From contig SVMG01000008.1 in NCBI GenBank assembly GCA_015067545.1, positions 8,390 through 72,389 of the forward strand: a stretch of DNA of 64,000 nt, given 5' to 3'. A model generated the notes under the pieces. It was not told the DNA's origin and did not search any database. It worked only from the letters and a program-made list of their open reading frames with translations. The position numbers were made by a program, and so were the translations under genes. Below are positions 49,501 to 55,523 of the stretch, one piece after another. Numbering within the stretch: the stretch's first letter is position 1; every line of letters starts with the position of its first letter. This stretch comes from Oscillospiraceae bacterium. GTDB taxonomy: Bacteria; Bacillota; Clostridia; Oscillospirales; Oscillospiraceae.

Positions 49501-52500
49501 AGTGCCGGCTGCAGCCTCAAAGTAGATCATACCGCCCTCTTCGGAGGCAATCTGCGTGCCAACGGACTTGCCATCCACATAAACAGTCCAAGTACCGGCC
49601 TGCAGACCTGCTACATTGACCTTGAAAGTGCTGTAGCCTTCGTTCTGAGGAATCGTGAAGGAAACATCACTGCTGATGCGGTGGTTGCCGTCCATATTGA
49701 ACATGGCAACATGGTTCATCAGCTGTGCGCCCATGACTACGCCCTTGCCGTCGTAGATCAGTTTTGCAGGGATAACCGTAGCATCACCGTCTGCATCTCC
49801 CACATACATGACATTGAGCATATAGTCGGTTTGTTCTTCAACCGTAGTGGTTGTACTGATTTCCACACGGCCCCAGCCGGACTCCTCACACAACGTGCTT
49901 TCAAAGGTTCCGCTAAGTGCATAGTTATAGTTACCCACAACAAATTCTTTGCTGGGACCACCGATCTTGGTGATCGTGTAAGCATCGTCCTTTTGGGTGG
50001 CAGTACCAACATACAGCACCTGATTGGTGAGCATGCCGTTATAATCGCCCTCTGTATTTTTAATGACGATCGTGTTGCCGTCCACTTCCGGCTCGGATTG
50101 CATATGCAGCAAGAAGCTCTTCTTGGAGCCCACCAAACTGGTCTTGATCTGATCAAAGACCACAAATGCACCGGGATGCTCTGTATTGCCGTCCAGCTCC
50201 AGATTCAGGAACAGCATGCTTCTGACTGCTTCCTGCGCATTTGTATCGGTAGCGGTACGGTAGGACGCTGCAATGTCGCCGGCAAGATAGGAGTATTCCG
50301 GCTTATAGATGTTCGGGCCGAACTCATGTCCAAGCACAGAGTTGACGACTCTGTTTATGCCGTCCACGCCCCAGTCAGGATCCGAAGCCGTAACCTGCGT
50401 GCCGTAGCGATTTTGGGGAGAGGTAATGGTTAGCGTATTATGGGCAATGGAAGTGGTCACATAATACTGATGATGGGGCAGGCGTACCGTTCCCGTATAC
50501 ATGCCTGAATCGCTGGCCAAAATACCTTTATAATAGATTTGGAAGTGGCCCGCATCGCGATGCTGGTGGATGGTTGCAAATACAGATGTCAGCTGCATTC
50601 TTGCAATCACATCGTTGGAGTCAATGCCCATATCCCAACCTGTCCGGGCCGTCATGGAGCCGGAAGGTATATCAAAATACTGGGTGTAAGGCAGATCCGA
50701 ATACTTCTTCGTCTCGACCTCCGGATCGAAGACTGTCAGCACCTCGATGAAATCTCTCGTGTCGAACGCAAGGTTGCTCAATTCCCTAGACACGCGAAGC
50801 AGAATTCCATCTTTGTAGAAGCTGCCGGCGCGAGCAAAATGGTCTGCATTTTCACTCCAAAGCGTGCCCTTATTGGTTTGATTTTCCTCCCAGGTGTCAC
50901 CTTCACGGAGGAACTGACCGTCAGGACGCAGCGAATACAGCAAGCCATAGGAAATGCTGCGGAAGCTTTCAGGATTCATCGCTACATAGCCATCTGCCTT
51001 ACCATCTCCGTCCCGGTCGTTGTCACCGCCGGTCATGCTGTAGAGATCCAACTGGCATATCAGATCGGAATCATGACGTCCACCGGCACCGTAGCTGGCA
51101 CCCTGATGGTGAATTCCGGCAACATTCCACGCATTTCTGCTGGAGGGGAACATCTCGAACCACCAGCCGGCGATCACCTCATACATGGAAGGATATTCGT
51201 CGTACATAGCAATTGCGACTGCCATCCAGTATTGCTGAATCAGCGGGCCGCCATGATGGCCTGTAACGGTACCAGCCAAAGAGCCCAATTCTACAGGCCA
51301 GCCGGCTTCATTCAATGCGCCAAGCCACTGTGCACGGTCAGCCAGATACTGTTTGTCTTCGTAGGTCAGCAGATCATAGCACCAGTCGTAGACTTCTGCC
51401 AAAGTCATCTGGCAGTAGCCCAAATAGTATGTATTCTGACCACCGTCCATAGGCGGGAAGCGCACAGTTTCTGCCAATTTCTTGCACGCACGCACCGCTA
51501 TTTTTCCGTAGTATTGCGCCATATGCGCCTTTTTCGAATCCTCACTATCCTTATATAGTGCATAATACAGTGCTTTTGCACGTATCGAGAAGACTTTATC
51601 GGTGCTGTAGTTGGTTTTCAGATAGGTGACGTTGCCATCATCATCTACCGTTTTCTCGGGCTCGCTCAATACACCGTTAAAGGTCATGCCCAACAGCCGG
51701 AAGAATTCATTCGCCAGCCCGGCGCACTCCTCCGACTCCAGCGTCTTAACAATGCGGGGAATATCCTCCTGAACAAACCGCAGTCTGGGATGCTCACCAA
51801 CAGTCGGTGTGACAAGGGGTGCTGCAAATTCCTCCCATGTCAGATTAGACATAGAGCTATACATGGCCTCGACGACGGTCTCAGTCTGATCCGCCATCTC
51901 GTAGGTCATGGTGGCAGTGGCCTCATACTCCTTGCCATCGACAATGAATTTGACCGAGGCATTGAGCACATTGTCATCGCCCATGATCATGTCGCCGATG
52001 TTCAGGCCTGCGGCACTTACATCCACTGCAGGAATGCAGGGCAGCAGCATGCCCAGGGAAAGCACCAGGGCAATGCAGGAAATAACACCTCTGCGCTTCA
52101 GGATCAAAAATACGATGCCGCCGATGCCCGCAAGGGCCAGCACGATCAAAATGATCAGCACCGCGATCTGACCGCCGGGAACGCCCTCACCCTCATTTGT
52201 ATCCGAGGGAGTCTCCTCCGGCTGGGTGCTGGGAGTGGTGGACTCGGGGTCCTGGGGTTCTTCCGGAGGATCCACGATCTTCATCAGCCGGTAATTGATG
52301 ACTGCCCGCTCACCCACCTCCACGGTCCGGGTGCCGGTAGCCTCGCCCGCCAAAAGTGTCAGCTCTCCCCCGGGGATCGTTGCATCCCAGGAGATATTGG
52401 CCAGCTTCATATTGGTATTATAGTTTTTTGCCAGTAAAAGGATCTGGATTTCTTCGTTCACATCGTATTCCTGCTTGGATGTGACGATCTCAAAGGTCAT

Positions 52501-52605
52501 TCCGTCTCCGGCCGCATATTCTGCTGCCGCAGTGGTCACGGCAAACAATGTGACCAACGCCACAGCTGCCACGAGCAATGTTCTGAGAATCTTGTTTTTC
52601 TTCAT
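43522..52605 (-). CDS. 3027-aa multimodular heparinase II (PL21)-like polysaccharide lyase A
   Basis: HPRL, TGHHG, HQGASYG, LRPDGQFLREGD, ARTGW, HQHRDAGHFQIYYKG, IAHNTL, FGPNIYKPEYSYLAGDI match heparinase II as recalled; then a Cu-amine-oxidase-N-like domain, an F5/8-type C domain, seven beta-sandwich modules and His/Cys spacers. Confidence 0.85.
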   Translation of the reverse strand: MKKNKILRTLLVAAVALVTLFAVTTAAAEYAAGDGMTFEIVTSKQEYDVNEEIQILLLAKNYNTNMKLANISWDATIPGGELTLLAGEATGTRTVEVGERAVINYRLMKIVDPPEEPQDPESTTPSTQPEETPSDTNEGEGVPGGQIAVLIILIVLALAGIGGIVFLILKRRGVISCIALVLSLGMLLPCIPAVDVSAAGLNIGDMIMGDDNVLNASVKFIVDGKEYEATATMTYEMADQTETVVEAMYSSMSNLTWEEFAAPLVTPTVGEHPRLRFVQEDIPRIVKTLESEECAGLANEFFRLLGMTFNGVLSEPEKTVDDDGNVTYLKTNYSTDKVFSIRAKALYYALYKDSEDSKKAHMAQYYGKIAVRACKKLAETVRFPPMDGGQNTYYLGYCQMTLAEVYDWCYDLLTYEDKQYLADRAQWLGALNEAGWPVELGSLAGTVTGHHGGPLIQQYWMAVAIAMYDEYPSMYEVIAGWWFEMFPSSRNAWNVAGIHHQGASYGAGGRHDSDLICQLDLYSMTGGDNDRDGDGKADGYVAMNPESFRSISYGLLYSLRPDGQFLREGDTWEENQTNKGTLWSENADHFARAGSFYKDGILLRVSRELSNLAFDTRDFIEVLTVFDPEVETKKYSDLPYTQYFDIPSGSMTARTGWDMGIDSNDVIARMQLTSVFATIHQHRDAGHFQIYYKGILASDSGMYTGTVRLPHHQYYVTTSIAHNTLTITSPQNRYGTQVTASDPDWGVDGINRVVNSVLGHEFGPNIYKPEYSYLAGDIAASYRTATDTNAQEAVRSMLFLNLELDGNTEHPGAFVVFDQIKTSLVGSKKSFLLHMQSEPEVDGNTIVIKNTEGDYNGMLTNQVLYVGTATQKDDAYTITKIGGPSKEFVVGNYNYALSGTFESTLCEESGWGRVEISTTTTVEEQTDYMLNVMYVGDADGDATVIPAKLIYDGKGVVMGAQLMNHVAMFNMDGNHRISSDVSFTIPQNEGYSTFKVNVAGLQAGTWTVYVDGKSVGTQIASEEGGMIYFEAAAGTVKLVRSGSESNKTFDETPIVEEEPIGIMINNFYYYTDAHPVKSGEDYLFPVTVIFDALNGKGSWNKDKTAYTVRYKGVVYVITANSLTANGESVAFNEIRAAAGDLLMDSTTLMKLVEGSMYYDRFINRIRVTVNIDNNVPLLSDEILYKFPTAAQVEAVIDNGYSTLPVIQALDGDITTRWTSQKSGNNICEAIFDFGKTIQLTDVVLYFWGDESAYSNYIFDLLVSTDGVNWETVYDKAQSGEVGRYTWLNTYLTLPMSEEARYVKFVGHGRYRYMTSGKQNSTIDNGWSIVTEIIFLQKAVIDPNGAEVIGQTLLAEAECFNKEDTVKVEQDNNASGREVVISNVGYTTNPGTVDAAKPQLSATFIPRRTAVHYIWAKVNASKVTSGDTIWVNIDGVTGNTYYPEKINVGKKDKDGYVWIKLGQYEDQTALAKWTSGEAYTLSVISGCEGLVFDCFIVSPDASYVPYEACYSKKTSTSGIVSVNAKDTIYEHSMAKASGNDARLQSVSADGTVSEAYKDYVLSTKNLPGDLSLNILTDTSGIYSIYATVKVSSLSNDQFFYAISANDDDFKYTLCDLSEVAAVSANQYVKIKLGEVNIQAAESIYVRIKTCSKGVTFGSFTTTCELPQGVFKTSGGKITVQAEEAKLQPAGEETVILDATDLNSYYKGEVAAVVESAGAAGGKAVRFMRQHSAWNQLANATSEATPHLSFQVMPDEGGEYYIWVKLYAPKGTFIYAWIDGGDDYYFWQQPLTMETYSADEEDYIWVRLYQEYTSMAAGLHKEHSYHWKARRVYTIGLRGMSVGVKVDEILITNDPKDAPHNHSYSSTWNGNDTHHWFDATCGCQNVAPRAYAEHFFEDHTDKECNTCGYKNPNYAPHNYADGKCTICGGLAPFTISGGKLTLEAENLMLAPDGKENHIPDYTGAVVKVVESAEAEGGKAVQFVRTNSGWNTFPDQGTTPIPHLSVLVTPERTGRYYIWLKVYAPANASYGAYIYAYVDGGSDTYYWRQPLALNGYSKGEGDYIWVCLNQEWKQNTEKFADHTYNWTAGQTYALRFRGTVAGVRVDQIYITNSASDVPHNHTWNSLKSYDDTYHWWTSSCHTGMITGKAKHNYDNLKDTTCNDCNYVRPEHVCTFSERWSVNSTQHWHQCACGEKTNVGSHSFANGYCSVCNMMEPLKLTNGRGTLQGEHAAVAAPGMENVISDYTDAPATVKTNAAASGGATLHFNRNHTDYAKLFNNQTLDGMLPSTHASFNVIPDKTGEYYIWLKVYAPNSVSWAGGDAVFCWIDGMNAEGEATDTYFWRQSLKKADGTYSQGATDFYWVRVYQRIDTTTQVGADRVYNWTAGETYTLRFRGYTAGVQIDEIYITNDPNDAPHNHSFSAAWEKDETYHWHKANCGHDELINGKAEHIYDNLKDTTCNDCGYVRPAHICTFNESWTFDGTQHWHQCVCGDKANVGNHSFVNGYCSVCNMLEPVKLTNGKGTLQGENAVIAAPGMENVTTNSTDAPAKVKANSAASAGATLYFNWTHTNYYALSLNRTLVNGTLTEVEGVFPNAHASFSVIPDQTGEYYIWLKVYAPNSVSWAGGDAVFCWIDGTNEEGKATDTYFWRQSLKKADGTYSQGATDFYWVRVYQRIDTTAQVGADRAYNWKAGEAYTLRFRGYTAGVQIDEIYITNDPNDAPHNHSFSAAWEKDETYHWHKANCGHDELINGKAEHIYDNLKDTTCNDCGYVRPAHICTFNESWTFDGTQHWHQCVCGDKANVGNHSFVNGYCSVCNMLEPVKLTNGKGTLQGENAVIAAPGMENVTTNSTDAPAKVKANSAASAGATLYFNWTHTNYYALSLNRTLVNGTLTEVEGVFPNAHASFSVIPDQTGEYYIWLKVYAPNSVSWAGGDAVFCWIDGMNAEGEATDTYFWRQSLKKADGTYSQGKTDFYWVRVYQRIDTTAQVGADRVYNWKAGEAYTLRFRGYTAGVQIDEIYITTDANDPYVQN
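43557..45700. repeat. 918-bp (306-aa) intragenic tandem repeat, about 2.3 copies
   Basis: Near-identical blocks start at 43557, 44475 and 45393; identical antisense ORFs at 44003 and 44921 are 918 bp apart. Confidence 0.95.
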
Positions 52606-52701
52606 ATTCAGACCTCGCTTTCAGTTTGATGCCCACCGGACATCGGGTGTGTATGTTGACGGAAGACGCTCCCGAAAAACATCCTATAATTTTTCCCTAT
52701 A

Positions 52702-52818
52702 CTAGCATAAAAATTATCGTGATTTTTTACAAGAAAGTATTTCATCGTTACTGGAAAATTCTTAAGATTATAACAAAAGCGACTGCCCACACGGCAGTCG
52801 CTTAAATATTGGTTTTGC
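52702..52818 (-). promoter_or_regulatory. Terminator plus promoter block, copy 2, upstream of lyase A
   Basis: Ungapped match to 39912-40028 with 10 mismatches; promoter boxes and direct repeats intact. Confidence 0.75.
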
Positions 52819-53030
52819 ACGGTTGGTTGGGACGCATCCCGCGGATATGCCCATATTTCCCAGAAAATCCATGGATGATTACCCGTTTCAGTCCATATAG
52901 CACCATTATTTTCCATATGCTTCTTTTACTGTCACCCGGATGCCGCCACTCACAGCCGGTCTTTTCCCGCTGGGATGCTGCGATCAATATTCTGGCAGAT
53001 CCTTCACAAACTGGAAATAAAATAAGATAT
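52802..53030 (-). pseudogene. Decayed remnant of the 270-aa AraC gene
   Basis: Ends GMRPNQPCKTNI* versus GMTPSQLRKTNI*; CTGGAAATAAAATAAGAT (ILFYFQ) shared with ~40552-40569; most of the gene deleted. Confidence 0.65.
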
Positions 53031-53039
53031 CGCTGCGCA

Positions 53040-53067
53040 AAAAGGACATCCCGCAGGATGTCCTTTT
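53040..53067 (-). terminator. Terminator of the 723-aa regulator gene
   Basis: AAAAGGACATCC-CGCA-GGATGTCCTTTT. Confidence 0.8.
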
Positions 53068-53072
53068 GCAGT

Positions 53073-55244
53073 CTATTGTGCTTGCTCTCCGCTACGCACC
53101 TGCGTAGCAGAAATCCCGTAGTATCTCTTGAAGATCACGGAGAAGTGCTTGGTGTTTTCAATGCCAACCGCCCTTGCGATATCCGCAACACTGTCCTTGG
53201 TGGTCTTCAGAAGCTTATATGCCATTTCCGCGCGCTTGCTCGTGACATATTCCTTGAAGCCGACTCCGGTGCCCTCCTTGAACAGTCTGCTGACCGCGTA
53301 GATCGACATATTCATGTGGTCAGCCGCAGACAGCAGACACAACTCGCTGTCCGTCAGGTTATCATTGACATAGGCGATCAGCTCCGTTTGTGCGCGGGCA
53401 TTGGAGGATGCCACCGCAGTAGCAACCGCATCGCAGCATTTTGCCACCGTCACATGGAGCATTTCAAACAGCCTGGTGGGGTTGCGGAACGCCATAAGGG
53501 CGTCCACCTCGTCTGTTTCAATGGCGATCTGGTTTTCCTTCATGCCTGCCAGGAATGCGGATAGCAGCTTATAGCAATAGAACTGGCGGTAAGATGGACG
53601 AAGCTTTCTGGTAGCCAGCAAAACCTCGATCTTATCCAGGGACCGCAGTGCCCGTTCCTTGTCACCGACACAGACCTGCTGCAAGAGATATTGGATCTCC
53701 TTGACCGGATATTCACCTGCGGCAGTCGGATCATCCATATCGATCTCACTGACCTGCTCCACAAAGGAGCTGTAATAGGATTTGCGCAGGTCCTCCAAAT
53801 TCTGTACCACCTCACCCACACGGACCTCGCCGTCGCAATCCGCCACGGCGCGAAGGGACATATGCATATCAGCCTTGACCATCACTTCATCGATCTGATC
53901 TTCGGCCAGGAGGATAAACAGCACATGGGGTCGGTTTGGCATACTGGTAGTATAGACCTCAGTATTGTCCATGTTTTTCCGCAGATCCTCTGCGACAGCA
54001 TTTGCCTGACTGGCAGTCAGCTCCACCGAGCTTACCGTGATCACCGTAAAGTAACGCAGCCGCTGCAGATCAAATTGGTCATCCAGCAGGCTGGCGTCCA
54101 CAGCAGAGCCGTAGATCAAATCGCCCAGCACAAAGCTGGCCAGCAGACTGCGTTGGTTGGAGATCTGCTCATCCCGGGCAAAGAACGCCGAGTCCAGCAG
54201 CTCCAGCTCTGACAGGTTGCTTCCGATGGCGAAAGAAGAATGGCGCTGCACCAGCTTCTTAACAGGGTTGTAATTAATATAGATTGCAATAACGATCAGC
54301 ACCACCGCCAGCAGCAGTGACAGGATCATAAATGTCATGACCCGTTCCACGTAGGCCGTCAGCTCCCGCTGAGAATCCTCCTGCACGACGGATGTCAAAA
54401 ACACATTGCCGCTTGCCTCATCGGTGTACTTATAGATCTCCAACCGCAGATCCGCCACGGTCATTTCCAGAACATTTGCGTCGGAGCGCCTTAAAAAATC
54501 GGCGAAATCATCATTTTCGCAGGCCTTTACCGGGAAATTGGAATTGAACAGCACCCATTCCCCTTCCTGTCCAACGATGGCAACGTTGGACCCGGCAGAG
54601 ACACTTACCTGGAAGGTTCGTGCAAGCTCGTCCGGATCGAGTATGTAGATGACAACGCCGTCAAAGCTCTTCTTGGTCATCAAATGCACAGGCTTAGCCA
54701 CCAGAAATTTGCCATAGGAGTCCGAATTTCGGACGAAGAACACATCAATGTCCTGCAGGTTTTGCAGGAAGTCCATCAGCTCCTGCTGTGCAGCCTTCTC
54801 AATGGCGCCCACGCTCTTAAAGAACCGTTCCTGGCTGGGCTGATAGCCATTCATCAGCACCTCATCCCGGGAGGGATAATAAAAACCGATGGAATCGACC
54901 GAGGGCAGACCGATGCTGTAATTTTTCACCACTTGGGCAGCCTGGAACAGGTCGTAGCCGGTAGCCTTACTGTCCAGCGGTCTTTTGACCTTTTTGTCAT
55001 TGCTGATCTTCAGCGCGTTGTAGTCCAGCATCTCCATTTGGTTTTCAAGGGAACGGGCATTGCTTTGCAGCGCAGCCACATAGTAATCCGTATTATTGGC
55101 GCGAAGCTCGTTAGTGGACTGCTGGACCAGCCACAGCTGCACCGCCACCAGAGGAATGCAGACCAAAGCAATGATGGAAAAGATCATTGTCAGCAGGAAT
55201 GATTTCCGAACTACGCGTGGCTTTTTTCTCTGTCTTCTGTTCAT
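53073..55244 (-). CDS. Membrane-spanning one-component AraC regulator (YesS/YtdP-like)
   Basis: TM1, extracellular Cache-like region, TM2, C-terminal LCLLSAADHMNMSIYAVSRLFKEGTGVGF...HFSVIFKRYYGIS; GGAG before ATG 55244. Confidence 0.85.
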   Translation of the reverse strand: MNRRQRKKPRVVRKSFLLTMIFSIIALVCIPLVAVQLWLVQQSTNELRANNTDYYVAALQSNARSLENQMEMLDYNALKISNDKKVKRPLDSKATGYDLFQAAQVVKNYSIGLPSVDSIGFYYPSRDEVLMNGYQPSQERFFKSVGAIEKAAQQELMDFLQNLQDIDVFFVRNSDSYGKFLVAKPVHLMTKKSFDGVVIYILDPDELARTFQVSVSAGSNVAIVGQEGEWVLFNSNFPVKACENDDFADFLRRSDANVLEMTVADLRLEIYKYTDEASGNVFLTSVVQEDSQRELTAYVERVMTFMILSLLLAVVLIVIAIYINYNPVKKLVQRHSSFAIGSNLSELELLDSAFFARDEQISNQRSLLASFVLGDLIYGSAVDASLLDDQFDLQRLRYFTVITVSSVELTASQANAVAEDLRKNMDNTEVYTTSMPNRPHVLFILLAEDQIDEVMVKADMHMSLRAVADCDGEVRVGEVVQNLEDLRKSYYSSFVEQVSEIDMDDPTAAGEYPVKEIQYLLQQVCVGDKERALRSLDKIEVLLATRKLRPSYRQFYCYKLLSAFLAGMKENQIAIETDEVDALMAFRNPTRLFEMLHVTVAKCCDAVATAVASSNARAQTELIAYVNDNLTDSELCLLSAADHMNMSIYAVSRLFKEGTGVGFKEYVTSKRAEMAYKLLKTTKDSVADIARAVGIENTKHFSVIFKRYYGISATQVRSGEQAQ

Positions 55245-55458
55245 CGCTGCCTGCACTCCTTTCGTTGTTTTTTGTGGCATGGCTTTATTCCATTATTGTA
55301 TGCATTTCTTCACTTTTTTGCAACAGTCAATAATTTCCAGTTTTCCGAAGTCTTGGGAAATCCTCTGATTGTATTATACAGAATCTTTTCGGCAACTTCA
55401 TCCCCATATTTTTGCAAAAGACCCGTGTTTTTACATTTTTGGCTCTTTTGCAAAAAAA

Positions 55459-55483
55459 CAGGGCGCGGCAATGCCGCGCCCTG
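55459..55483 (-). terminator. GC-rich stem-loop, copy 2, with U-tract
   Basis: CAGGGCGCGGCA-A-TGCCGCGCCCTG followed on the minus strand by T7. Confidence 0.8.
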
Positions 55484-55523
55484 CTGTAATTAATAATGTA
55501 TGTCTTGCTTAAGATGAATAAAG

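Noticed and set aside
52608-52916. 102-aa minus-strand ORF upstream of lyase A
   Set aside because: It runs through the duplicated terminator/promoter block and the AraC remnant in another frame; no RBS or motifs.
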